A stretch of 64,000 nt of DNA from Nitrososphaeria archaeon (lineage in GTDB: Archaea > Thermoproteota > Nitrososphaeria > Nitrososphaerales > JAAOZN01), in assembly GCA_029775855.1 (NCBI GenBank), contig JARVJZ010000002.1, positions 95,800 to 159,799 on the forward strand, in the 5' to 3' direction. This document shows, piece after piece, positions 54,512 to 64,000 of the stretch. The position numbers were made by a program, and so were the translations under genes. Below the pieces are notes generated by a model. That model had not been told where the DNA came from and searched no databases. It was given only the letters and a program-made list of their open reading frames with translations. Every line of letters starts with the position of its first letter. Within the stretch, counting starts at the first letter, position 1.

Positions 54512-57500
54512 GTGAAGGTTTGGAGCGCGGTTGCAGCGCTCATCCTAGCTGCTACTCTAATTCAAGATGCTTACGCCGCATCCTACTACCCTTCTAGCTA
54601 CAATCTTTTAGGCGGCACCACGCTTGTCTCAGGCACATTAAGCAACCTTCAAGCTGATGATGGTAGTTATATGGTGTTTAGGAGCGCTGGTAGCGCAACT
54701 AGCAACCGCATCCAGAACCCTAGCTTTGAATCCTCAGGCAGCTGGACGACTGCAACCTCTGCAGGTGGTCAAGCCCAAGTGCAAGACGGCACAGTAGCTT
54801 ACAGCGGCACCTACTCAGGCAGAACCTCAACAACAGCTCCCACAGGACTCAACAGCTACGCTAGACTGACGCAGACCTTCCCCTCACTGCTTCCAGTGTC
54901 GAGCATACCGAATCAAGCTGGAAGCCTAACCCTCTACCTTAGACATATGGGTTCAGCTTTGGATGGTAATAGAACCGCTTGGGTAGCGGTTGTGAGCAGC
55001 CAAGGTAGAACGCTACGCTACATCTGGAGGCTAGACGGCTCCGCAATACCATCAGATTCATCTACCATTAGATATATCGATATGGGGACTACCTTACCAT
55101 CAGGCTGGGTTCAGGTTAGCAGAAACTTCTATGAGGACTGGGTCGTTACTAAGGGCTGGCCGAGCACAGATACAATATCATCGATACAGCTGCAAAGTAA
55201 CGGAAGGCGAATAGGGATAGCGCCAGAGTACACTTATTGGGGGCAGCGCATCAACTGGGACTTGATAACCCTCCTCTACTACACCGAATACACAGCTGAA
55301 GTGGAGTTCACAGGCACATCAGACACAAACAGCTGGCATAGACTAATCTGGACTGTGGATTCATCTTGGACAGCAGCCTCAGTATCAGTGACGCTGCAAC
55401 TCTACAACTACCAAACAAACAGCTACCCCACTTCAGGAGACGGCTACATATCCTACACCTCCTCAGCCACACCAAATACAGATGAGACAAAAACACAGAC
55501 GATAACCACAAACCCAACAAACTTCAGAGACAACTCTGGGAACTGGAAGCTGAAGATAAAAGGTGTGAAGAGCACAACATCACCTTTTGATCTACGAATT
55601 GACTTAGTTAGATACGAGCCGTCAGCCACATACACACGAACAGCATCAGACACAACAGCGCTAACAGACACATCATCTAGGCTCTCAACCTTAACCAGAA
55701 CCCAGACAGAAACCTTCTCGATAACCGATGCAGTGTCAAAGATCTATACGCAAGTCAGACAGGTAGCGGAGTCGCTGAACATAGCGCCGCAAGTAGAGAG
55801 AGCAGCAACACTAACAAGAAGCATAACCCAAGACGTATCAATCACACCAGCAGTGTCAAGAGCGATAAATGTTGCAAGACACCTCTACCAAACCATCCAA
55901 CTATCCGATTCCATATCTAGAATGGTGCACTTCCTAAGGCAGATAACAGAGACACAAACCATCACAGACACTGTGCAAAGAGCGGTGAAACTCTGGCGCA
56001 CCCTAACAGAAACACCAGCAATAACAGACTCGATACAGCGAGTAGCCTACCTCACAAGAGCCATGACAGAAACATCATCAGTAAGCGATGCATTAGCCAG
56101 AGAGTACCAAGGCTACAGAACATTAAACGAAGCCCAAACAGTAGTCGATGCTGTAGCAAGAAACTTCGTAGGCACAAGAACCCTAACAGAAACACCAACC
56201 GTATCAGACCAGCTCTCGAGGCTAATATACGTGTTTAGAAGTATGAGTGATGGCACAGCAGTAAGCGAAACACTACAACGCATCCAATACCTCTTCAGAA
56301 ACATAGGAGAAGCATCAACCTACCTAGATGAAATAAGCAGATCACTAACAGCAGCAAGAACCGCAACACTAACAGTAAGCATATCTGATGAAGTGGCTAG
56401 AGCAGCGAACATAGCGAGAATAGTCTCAGACGCAACTGGGTTAAGCGACGCTGCGCAAAGATTTATACAGACGGCTAGAGCGCTAACGGAGACAAACACC
56501 TACATAGCGAACATAGCGAGAGCGGCAACACTGACAAGAACACTAAGCGATTCACAAACATTAGTAGATACAGTATCCAGAGCGGCAACATTAGCCAGAA
56601 ATCTAATCGACTCAGCACCTCTTCTGGATTCAATAAACAGAATGGTATCGTTAACAAGAAATGTAGCAGAAACACAGACACTCAGCGACTCAGTCTCAAG
56701 ACTCAGCACTTTAACAAGAGCAGCGGCTGACGCGTTAACAGCATCAGATGCGGTGTCTAGGCTAGCGTATTTAGCTAAAGCAGTAAGCGATTTGACAACT
56801 CTCTCAGACACAGCCTACAGAGCAGCTGCACTAACAAGAACGGTAGCCGAATCACCTATATTATCAGACCTAGCATCTAGAGCAGCCACACTAACTAGAA
56901 CACTCACAGACACAGGCGCTCTAACAGATTCAGCAACAAGGTTCATAAATTTAGCCAGAGCCTTAACCGAATCCTCAACAATAGAGGACACAATCTCCAC
57001 ATTCGCTTCATTAACAAGGTCTCTATCGGAAACACAACTATTTTCAGATTCTCTAAATAGGGCTACCGCATTAACACGCTCCTTAACTGATTCACAAACA
57101 TTTGTAGATGCGCTCTCTAGAGCAGCGACATTAACCAGATCTTTAACCGAGGCGCCTGCCATATCCGATTTGGTAGGCAGAGTAGCTCAATTAACACTCA
57201 CATTAACAGATGCCTCAACGCTATCTGATGTTGCATCAAGACTTCCAAACTTTATGAGGTTATTAACAGATGCTGCTGGCCTATCTGAGTATGTTGATAG
57301 GGCTGCTGTGTTATCAAGAGCCGTATTTGATGCGCAAGCTCTATCAGACTCTTTGAGTAGATTTAGCGCTTTAAGTAGAAGTGTTGCAGAGTCACAAAGC
57401 GTATCAGACTCTGTAGCGAGGCTTGTAGCGTTTGCTAGAAGCGTATCTGAAGCAGCATCCGTAAGCGATGCTTTATCAAGGTTAGCATACTTAACACGCA

Positions 57501-60500
57501 GCTTAACCGAAGACCAAACGCTACTTGACTCATTATCTAGATTTGCTACATTAACCAGAAGCCTCTTAGAAAGCCAAACTTTAACAGAGTCTGTTTCAAG
57601 GTTTCTAACCTTAAGCAGAGCCTTAACAGAATCTCCAACAATATCTGACACAGTAGATAGGCTTACATCTCTAACCAGAGCTTTAAGCGATACACAAGTT
57701 CTAACTGATTTAACGTCTAGGGCCGCTTCACTAACACGCACTTTAACCGAAACCCAAGGTTTAACAGATGCGCTCACAAGGCTGATAACTTCGGCGAGAA
57801 CAGTAACAGAGACTCCAATGTTCTCAGACTTGGTGTCAAGGGCAAGCACACTGACTCGAATATTGACAGAGGCTCCTTCGCTAACAGACGCTACTCAAAG
57901 AACGCTCCAACTGCTTAGGGCAGTAACAGAATCTCAAAGCCTAAACGACTCTATATCTAGACTACTAGCCTTAAGCAGATCACTAACCGAGGCGTCAACA
58001 TTAACAGAATACATCGATAGAGCAGCACAACTAGCAAGGAGCCTAACCGAAACACAACCGATCTCAGAAACCTTAGCTAGATACACATACCTTCTAAGAA
58101 CCATAACAGACTCAAACACCATTCAAGATACGCTCTCAAGACTAATCAGCGGAACAAGAGTGGTAGCGGACACTACATCACTCTCAGACATATTATCTAG
58201 GGCAGCAGAGTTTGCGAGAACCGCATCAGAAACGACTACGCTATCAGATATAGCAGTTAGATTTACCGCATTAACCAGAGCGTTAAGCGAAAACCAAGCC
58301 GTAGCAGATACAATAAGCAGATTAGCGGCATTAACCAGAGCAATAACCGAAACATCAAACCTCTCAGATGAAGTGCAAAGACTTGTTAATAGGTTAAGAG
58401 AACTATCAGAAACAGCAAGCATAACAGACACACTGGCAAGAACCTTAACACTAACAAGAACCTTAACCGAAGCCCAAAGCATATCAGACACCTTAACAAG
58501 AGCTACTGAATTAAGTAGGGTAGTTAGTGAGGCGCAGAGCTTCTATGAGGAGCTCTCTAGAAGCATACACTTTGCAAGAACCTTAACTGAGAGCCAGACA
58601 TTCTTAGATGATGTAAGTAGATTCGCTTCCCTTGCAAGAAACATTCTTGAAACACCTACTATATCAGACTCAATCAGCAGATTAACCACTTTAACTAGAA
58701 GCTTATCCGAGTCACAAACTATTAGCGATGCAGTCTCAAAGTTCATCACTCTCACAAGATCGATAACAGACACCACAACCCTAGCAGACACAGCCTCTAG
58801 ACTTACAGCCCTAACAAGAACCTTAGCAGACAGCCAAACCTTGGTTGACTCAATCTCAAGACTCGCCGCATTAACAAGAACCTTAATTGAAAACCCTTCA
58901 CTCACGGAGCAATTGGCAAGAACACTCACATTAAGTAGAGTGGTAAGCGAAACTCAGCCCCTAGCGGACTCAATAGTTAGACAGATATCCCTAACCAGAA
59001 GCTTAGAGGAGAACTCAGCGCTCACAGATATGTTAACAAGGGTTGCAACATTAACCAGAGCCGTCGAGGAGACTCCAACGATATCAGCTCTTGTAAGCAG
59101 AGTAGCATCACTAACCAGAACACTAAGTGAAACACAACTCTTCAACGACATATTAGATAGAACAGCAGCTCTCAGCAGATCCTTAAGCGAAAACCAAGCC
59201 ATAACCGATACTGTAAACAGATTCGTCTCTCTGAGCAGAAGCTTAACGGAGCAACCCTCATTCTCTGATGTAGCTACCAGAATTATTTCGCTAACTAGAA
59301 GCCTAACTGAAAACCCAAGTATATCTGATTCTGCTACAAGGCTCATTACTTTCGTAAGAAGTATATCAGAAGCAGCTTCGATTACAGATCTGGTTTCAAG
59401 AGCCGCAGATCTTAGCAGAAGCATACAAGAAGGCGTGCAAGTAGCAGACCTATTAACTAGGTTGACTACGCTAGCCAGAAGCCTAACTGATTCACAAGCC
59501 TTCACCGATTCCGTAGGTAGAGTAGCGGCTTTAACAAGAACCTTAAGCGAGAACGGGGCGTTCACAGACTTGGCATCCAGATTAGCCGCATTAACCAGAA
59601 CTTCAACTGAAGCATCTACTTTGTCCGACTCATTAAGTAGGTTAACCACATTAACCCGAACCTTAGCCGAATACCCAGCGCTCTCAGATCAAATTTTAAG
59701 GCTTGTAAACTTCCCCAGAAGCCTAAGCGACACACAAGTAATATCAGATTATGTTGAAAGATGGGTGATTTTAGCACGATCAATAACAGATAATCAAGCC
59801 ATTACAAGCTCGGTAGATAGAGCCCTATCTCTTACCAGAGCGATCTTAGAGGCGCAGAGCATAACAGATACGGTATCCAAATTCACCGCAGTCACAAGAG
59901 CCTTAGCAGACTCAGCAACCATAAGCGACTTTGCTACAAGATTAAGCGTCGCATTCAGAAGCATATCAGAAACACAAACAATACTTGATGCGGCAACCAG
60001 ACTCACTACATTAACCAGAACATTGAGCGAAACGCAAACAGTATCAGAGTCGATTTCAAGACTATTAAGCTTAAGCAGAGCCCTAAACGAATACCCAGCA
60101 CTATCAGAATCCTTAACCAGATTCACAATCCTAGTAAGAAGCTTAGCAGACTATTCAACAATCTCAGACACTACAGCCAGAATCTCCTATCTGGCAAGAG
60201 AGTTAACTCAACCCACTACTTTAAGCGAAAGCATCGATAGGTTGAGCGTGTTAGCTAGAAGCGTTACTGAAAACCAAGGTTTAACCGACATACTTTCTAG
60301 ACTCTTCTCACCAACAAGAACCCTAACCGAAACCTCAAGCTTATCAGAAGCAGCATCTACATTAGCAAACCTAGCTCGAACCCTAACAGAACAACCCATC
60401 TTCACAGACCTAACATCAAGAGCAGCATATCTAACCAGAACCCTAACACAAACACTAACATTTAACGACTTAGCCGCTAGAACAGCCACTTTAACCAGAA

Positions 60501-63500
60501 GCCTAACAGAAGACCAAACAATCTATGATCTAATCAGCAGAGTATCAGACCTAGCCAGATCTTTAACTGAGACACAAACCTTAACGGACATAGCTTCTAG
60601 AACCGTTTCCCTAACACGCGCTTTAACTGAAAACCAAGTTGTATCAGACATATTGACAAGGCTGATAAACACAGCAAGAAACCTAACAGAAACCACATCA
60701 TTATCGGATATAGCGTCTAGGTTTGCTTCATTAACTAGAGCGCTAAGCGAAAACCAAGCAATCATAGAAACAGTAAACAGACTAACAACATTAACAAGAG
60801 CGATACTAGAGACACCAAGCATAACCGACACACTAGCAAGAACCATAACCCTAACAAGAACCTTAACAGAAACCCAAAGCATAACGGAAGCTCTAACAAG
60901 AGCCGTTGACTTAACTAGGGTAGTTAGCGAAGCGCAAACCGTCGCTGATACTCTCTCAAGAAGTATACAACTAGCTAGAACATTAACAGAAGCGCCCAAC
61001 TTATCAGATTATGCTAATAGACTAACCTTACTAACCAGAACTGTCCTTGAAGCACCTACCCTATCGGATACAGCATCGAGAATAACCGCATTAACAAGAA
61101 CTCTAACTGACTTGCAGAACTTAGGTGATTCCGTCTTTAGATTTGTCTCCATCAAAAGAACGATAACAGATCATGCAATAGTATCAGATTTAGCTTCTAG
61201 AGTCGCTTCTCTGGCAAGGAGCCTAACTGAAAGCCAAGCAGTAATTGATTCTGTGTCAAGATTCACTACGTTAACGAGAACCTTATCTGAGCCAGCATCA
61301 CTTACAGACCAGTTAACAAGAGTAGCCACCTTAACTAGAGTAATAAGTGACACAGAGTCTTTCACAGACTTAATAGTGAGGTCGATATCTCTAAGCAGAA
61401 GCTTAAACGACGCACAATCCTTCTCTGATGTGATAACTAGATACGTCGACCTCACAAGAACACTAACAGCTACAAGTAGCATAGTGGATGGGGTGTCAAG
61501 GCTTACCAACCTTGCTAGGTCTGTAGTAGAGACTACTTCGTTCTCTGACATATTATCTAGAACAGCGCAGTTAGCAAGAACAGTAACAGAGACAACTACC
61601 TTAGCAGACGCCGCAAGCAGAGCAGCTGAGTTAACTAGAATAGTAAGTGAGAACCAAGCTATCACAGAAACAGCCAGCAGAGTATCTTTCCTGAGCAGAA
61701 GTTTAGTAGAGCAGCCTATCTTATCTGACGCCGCTAATCGGATGATCCAAACCATAAGAGTACTATCCGAGAGCCAAACCATAGTGGACACTGCTTCAAG
61801 ACTCATCACAGCCCTAAGAAGCCTTTCAGAAGCCGCATCAACTTCAGACACGGTTGCCAGAGCGGCAGACTTTTACAGAAGCGTAGATGTACATATACAA
61901 GTAGCAGACCTGCTGTCTAGAGTGGCTACGCTAACAAGACAAGTATATGAATCTCAAACTTACATAGACTCCATCTCCAGATTCGCCGCTTTATCCAGAC
62001 CTCTAACTGACAGTCAGATTTTCTTAGATATAGTATCTAGAGCCGCTGCGCTTAGCAGAAACGTGCTTGAAGTATCCTCCTTTACAGATATGGCGGCACG
62101 AATGTCTATCTTAACAAGATCCCTAACTGAGACAAATACTCTAGCAGACTCTATTCAAAGAGTTGCTGAAATGACTAGACTCTTAGCTGACTCCAAGAGC
62201 TTTAGCGACTCTATCTCTAGACTTCTACACTTTAGCAGAACTTTAACCGATTCATCTTTAATAACAGAATATATTGTGAGAGCCGCTTTGTTAGCAAGAG
62301 GGATAACTGATGCGCAGACCATCGCCGATGCTCTGACCAGATATGCCTACTTCATCAGAACACTATCAGAGACACAGACTGTAGCTGAAGGTGTGTCAAG
62401 AATACTGACACTTTCAAGATATATATCAGAATCGGTAAACACAACAGAGCTAATATCAAGAGCCGTAACCCTTGCTAGAACGTTAACTGAAACCCACATC
62501 TTAACAGACTTTGCCGAAAGGATAGCAACATTATCAAGGGCGCTACTAGAAGACTCAACATTCTTAGACCAAGCCTCTAGACTAGTCAACCTTACCAGAT
62601 ATCTAACCGAATCTCAACCTATAAACGATGCTGCATCCAGAATCTTAGCCCTATCTAGAATACTGACAGACATTCAAACCTTAAACGACAGCCTTCTAAG
62701 ACTAACAACGCTAACAAGATCTTTAACAGAGTCTGCAGATCTGTCAGATTTAACCTATAGGCTCACTACCTTAGCAAGAAGCGTTGCAGATAGCCAAACA
62801 ATCTCCGAATCAACACAGAGAGCGCTTGCAGCAATAAGGCTCCTCACAGAAACGCAGACCATATCAGATCTAGCATCAAGAGCCGGTTCATTAGCGAGAA
62901 CTTTAAGCGACGCTCAAACCTTAATCGAGTCTATCTCTAGGTTCACACCTCTAACCAGAGCGGTAAGTGAACAAGCAACCCTAACCGAATTAACAAGCAG
63001 AATAGCTACATTAGCCAGATCCTTGACCGATACACAGATTCTAACAGATGTTGCTGCGAGAATTGCAGCCCTTACTAGAAGCCAAGTAGAAACAACCACA
63101 GTTGCAGATCTTGTGACTAGACTAACCACGCTCTCTAGAACGTTAGCTGAGGCGCAAAGCATAGTAGACTCAATATCTAGAATCCTAACATCTATCAGAA
63201 ACCCGACAGACATATCAACAATATTGGACTACAGCAGCCGAGTTGCTGCATTATCTAGAAGCCTTATCGACCCATCAACCCTCTCAGATACACTAGGCAG
63301 ACTCACAGCATTAAATAGAGAGGTTATGGATAACCCAGCGCTAACTGAAGTAGTCCAAAGCATCTACACCGCCTTAAGAGCAATAACAGAGACAGCATCA
63401 TTTAGCGACACAACCACTAGAGCAGTAGAACTTACCAGAGCATTAATTGAAAACCCAGCTCTCGCAGAGACTGCACATAGACTCACATATCTAACAAGAG

Positions 63501-64000
63501 ACCTAGCAGACACCCAACCACTCAACGAAGCCTTAACCAGATTAGCTGGATTCTATAGGGTCTTAACCGACACACAACCCTTTACAGATCTAATCAAAGC
63601 GCTCACACTAGTTGTTAAGCTGGTATCTCATTATGCTGCTCAACTTTTTGATTCGTTAAATGTCAGCGAAGACCTAGCAAGAGGTGTAGATTTGATTAGG
63701 CTCCCGATAGATTTCATAATAATACAGGACGCCTCTGCAGGAAGCCGAAACGTGCTTAGATTTGTATCAGATTTTATGAAGGTGGCGGAAGAAGCGTCAA
63801 GGATAACAGAGATCTCTAGGCAAATAGAAGAATTGGTAAGAACAGCTGAAGCAACGCAGAGGATATATTCAACCGCTGCCGCTATAGTTGAACAACTCTT
63901 AGCACAGGACAGTATTCAAAGAACCTACTCAGCGTTCAGAGCAGTAGCAGATGAATTCAGCCTACTAGATATACAGACCAGAATACTATCTATGCTCAGA
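54512..64000 (+). CDS. Giant secreted repeat protein, 3' end beyond the window (over 3,160 aa visible)
   Basis: Frame 2 has no stop from 54485 to the window edge, and a codon ends exactly at 64000. The track omits it because it has no stop in the window. Candidate GTG starts are at 54506 and 54512. The signal-peptide-like start is VKVWSAVAALILAATLIQDAYA/ASYY. A ~375-aa non-repetitive head follows (NPSFESSGSWTTAT...), then ~130 units of 20 aa. The composition changes after ~63,600. Confidence 0.9.
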   Translation, partial: MKVWSAVAALILAATLIQDAYAASYYPSSYNLLGGTTLVSGTLSNLQADDGSYMVFRSAGSATSNRIQNPSFESSGSWTTATSAGGQAQVQDGTVAYSGTYSGRTSTTAPTGLNSYARLTQTFPSLLPVSSIPNQAGSLTLYLRHMGSALDGNRTAWVAVVSSQGRTLRYIWRLDGSAIPSDSSTIRYIDMGTTLPSGWVQVSRNFYEDWVVTKGWPSTDTISSIQLQSNGRRIGIAPEYTYWGQRINWDLITLLYYTEYTAEVEFTGTSDTNSWHRLIWTVDSSWTAASVSVTLQLYNYQTNSYPTSGDGYISYTSSATPNTDETKTQTITTNPTNFRDNSGNWKLKIKGVKSTTSPFDLRIDLVRYEPSATYTRTASDTTALTDTSSRLSTLTRTQTETFSITDAVSKIYTQVRQVAESLNIAPQVERAATLTRSITQDVSITPAVSRAINVARHLYQTIQLSDSISRMVHFLRQITETQTITDTVQRAVKLWRTLTETPAITDSIQRVAYLTRAMTETSSVSDALAREYQGYRTLNEAQTVVDAVARNFVGTRTLTETPTVSDQLSRLIYVFRSMSDGTAVSETLQRIQYLFRNIGEASTYLDEISRSLTAARTATLTVSISDEVARAANIARIVSDATGLSDAAQRFIQTARALTETNTYIANIARAATLTRTLSDSQTLVDTVSRAATLARNLIDSAPLLDSINRMVSLTRNVAETQTLSDSVSRLSTLTRAAADALTASDAVSRLAYLAKAVSDLTTLSDTAYRAAALTRTVAESPILSDLASRAATLTRTLTDTGALTDSATRFINLARALTESSTIEDTISTFASLTRSLSETQLFSDSLNRATALTRSLTDSQTFVDALSRAATLTRSLTEAPAISDLVGRVAQLTLTLTDASTLSDVASRLPNFMRLLTDAAGLSEYVDRAAVLSRAVFDAQALSDSLSRFSALSRSVAESQSVSDSVARLVAFARSVSEAASVSDALSRLAYLTRSLTEDQTLLDSLSRFATLTRSLLESQTLTESVSRFLTLSRALTESPTISDTVDRLTSLTRALSDTQVLTDLTSRAASLTRTLTETQGLTDALTRLITSARTVTETPMFSDLVSRASTLTRILTEAPSLTDATQRTLQLLRAVTESQSLNDSISRLLALSRSLTEASTLTEYIDRAAQLARSLTETQPISETLARYTYLLRTITDSNTIQDTLSRLISGTRVVADTTSLSDILSRAAEFARTASETTTLSDIAVRFTALTRALSENQAVADTISRLAALTRAITETSNLSDEVQRLVNRLRELSETASITDTLARTLTLTRTLTEAQSISDTLTRATELSRVVSEAQSFYEELSRSIHFARTLTESQTFLDDVSRFASLARNILETPTISDSISRLTTLTRSLSESQTISDAVSKFITLTRSITDTTTLADTASRLTALTRTLADSQTLVDSISRLAALTRTLIENPSLTEQLARTLTLSRVVSETQPLADSIVRQISLTRSLEENSALTDMLTRVATLTRAVEETPTISALVSRVASLTRTLSETQLFNDILDRTAALSRSLSENQAITDTVNRFVSLSRSLTEQPSFSDVATRIISLTRSLTENPSISDSATRLITFVRSISEAASITDLVSRAADLSRSIQEGVQVADLLTRLTTLARSLTDSQAFTDSVGRVAALTRTLSENGAFTDLASRLAALTRTSTEASTLSDSLSRLTTLTRTLAEYPALSDQILRLVNFPRSLSDTQVISDYVERWVILARSITDNQAITSSVDRALSLTRAILEAQSITDTVSKFTAVTRALADSATISDFATRLSVAFRSISETQTILDAATRLTTLTRTLSETQTVSESISRLLSLSRALNEYPALSESLTRFTILVRSLADYSTISDTTARISYLARELTQPTTLSESIDRLSVLARSVTENQGLTDILSRLFSPTRTLTETSSLSEAASTLANLARTLTEQPIFTDLTSRAAYLTRTLTQTLTFNDLAARTATLTRSLTEDQTIYDLISRVSDLARSLTETQTLTDIASRTVSLTRALTENQVVSDILTRLINTARNLTETTSLSDIASRFASLTRALSENQAIIETVNRLTTLTRAILETPSITDTLARTITLTRTLTETQSITEALTRAVDLTRVVSEAQTVADTLSRSIQLARTLTEAPNLSDYANRLTLLTRTVLEAPTLSDTASRITALTRTLTDLQNLGDSVFRFVSIKRTITDHAIVSDLASRVASLARSLTESQAVIDSVSRFTTLTRTLSEPASLTDQLTRVATLTRVISDTESFTDLIVRSISLSRSLNDAQSFSDVITRYVDLTRTLTATSSIVDGVSRLTNLARSVVETTSFSDILSRTAQLARTVTETTTLADAASRAAELTRIVSENQAITETASRVSFLSRSLVEQPILSDAANRMIQTIRVLSESQTIVDTASRLITALRSLSEAASTSDTVARAADFYRSVDVHIQVADLLSRVATLTRQVYESQTYIDSISRFAALSRPLTDSQIFLDIVSRAAALSRNVLEVSSFTDMAARMSILTRSLTETNTLADSIQRVAEMTRLLADSKSFSDSISRLLHFSRTLTDSSLITEYIVRAALLARGITDAQTIADALTRYAYFIRTLSETQTVAEGVSRILTLSRYISESVNTTELISRAVTLARTLTETHILTDFAERIATLSRALLEDSTFLDQASRLVNLTRYLTESQPINDAASRILALSRILTDIQTLNDSLLRLTTLTRSLTESADLSDLTYRLTTLARSVADSQTISESTQRALAAIRLLTETQTISDLASRAGSLARTLSDAQTLIESISRFTPLTRAVSEQATLTELTSRIATLARSLTDTQILTDVAARIAALTRSQVETTTVADLVTRLTTLSRTLAEAQSIVDSISRILTSIRNPTDISTILDYSSRVAALSRSLIDPSTLSDTLGRLTALNREVMDNPALTEVVQSIYTALRAITETASFSDTTTRAVELTRALIENPALAETAHRLTYLTRDLADTQPLNEALTRLAGFYRVLTDTQPFTDLIKALTLVVKLVSHYAAQLFDSLNVSEDLARGVDLIRLPIDFIIIQDASAGSRNVLRFVSDFMKVAEEASRITEISRQIEELVRTAEATQRIYSTAAAIVEQLLAQDSIQRTYSAFRAVADEFSLLDIQTRILSMLR
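55640..63600 (+). repeat. About 130 tandem, diverged 60-nt (20-codon) coding repeats
   Basis: The consensus is D-x-h-[ST]-R-h-x-x-L-[TS]-R-[ST]-L-[TS]-E-x-[QP]-x-h-[ST]. Example, 58667-58786: DSISRLTTLTRSLSESQTIS / DAVSKFITLTRSITDTTTLA. The phase stays constant wherever I aligned units by hand. Confidence 0.9.

Noticed and set aside
55308-63213. About 20 minus-strand ORFs of 60-230 aa from the track (e.g. 57187-57849, 58954-59649, 61171-61851), all S/V/L/A-rich
   Set aside because: They are antisense shadows of the giant + strand gene. They are fragmented by stops, while the + frame is open for 9.5 kb. Their low-complexity sequences simply mirror the 60-nt coding repeat (e.g. ...SVKVLV...). 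No start or RBS context supports them.
55640-63600. A regular 60-nt periodicity that could superficially suggest a CRISPR-like or satellite array
   Set aside because: There is no conserved repeat alternating with unique spacers. Every 60-nt unit is diverged and in one continuous reading frame, with conservation at the amino-acid level. No cas genes or leader are present.

Overview
This looks like an archaeal chromosomal window. Gene content, a class I CCA-adding enzyme, archaeosine TGT, an aCPSF2-type beta-CASP RNase, an SmAP3-like Sm protein and a multi-intron tRNA suggest a TACK/Thermoproteota-type lineage, but that is inference and no search was run.

Nt 1-50,500 are densely packed housekeeping genes:
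- Purine synthesis: purA, purB, and a purS-purQ-purL-purF-purF'-purD-purN operon, plus prs and pyrF.
- An RNA/tRNA-processing set: rnhB, rnz, tgtA, a thpR-cca-kinase operon, a beta-CASP RNase, an Sm-like protein and a UPF0200/UPF0201 pair.
- Two Opp/Dpp-type peptide ABC loci and a NitT/TauT-type ABC pair without a binding protein.
- uppS, a glutamate-synthase-like FMN protein, and a HEPN/MNT module next to an intron-containing tRNA.

From about 50.5 kb the content turns accessory. It holds vapBC, a creatininase-family gene, a coiled-coil gene with 21-nt tandem repeats, a GT-skewed degenerate spacer and a small secreted protein.

The most interesting feature follows these. A + strand ORF runs from about 54,512 off the window edge at 64,000, over 3,160 codons. 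The supplied ORF track omits it because it has no stop in the window. It encodes a signal peptide, a roughly 375-aa non-repetitive head, and about 130 strictly phased but highly diverged 20-residue repeats (consensus D-x-h-S-R-h-x-x-L-T-R-S-L-T-E-x-Q/P-x-h-S). There is evidence for a 2.4-kb (40-unit) higher-order duplication. I do not recognise this repeat family. The many minus-strand ORFs listed over this region are antisense shadows.

All calls rest on reading the sequence and ORF translations by eye. No database search, alignment statistic or structure prediction was available.
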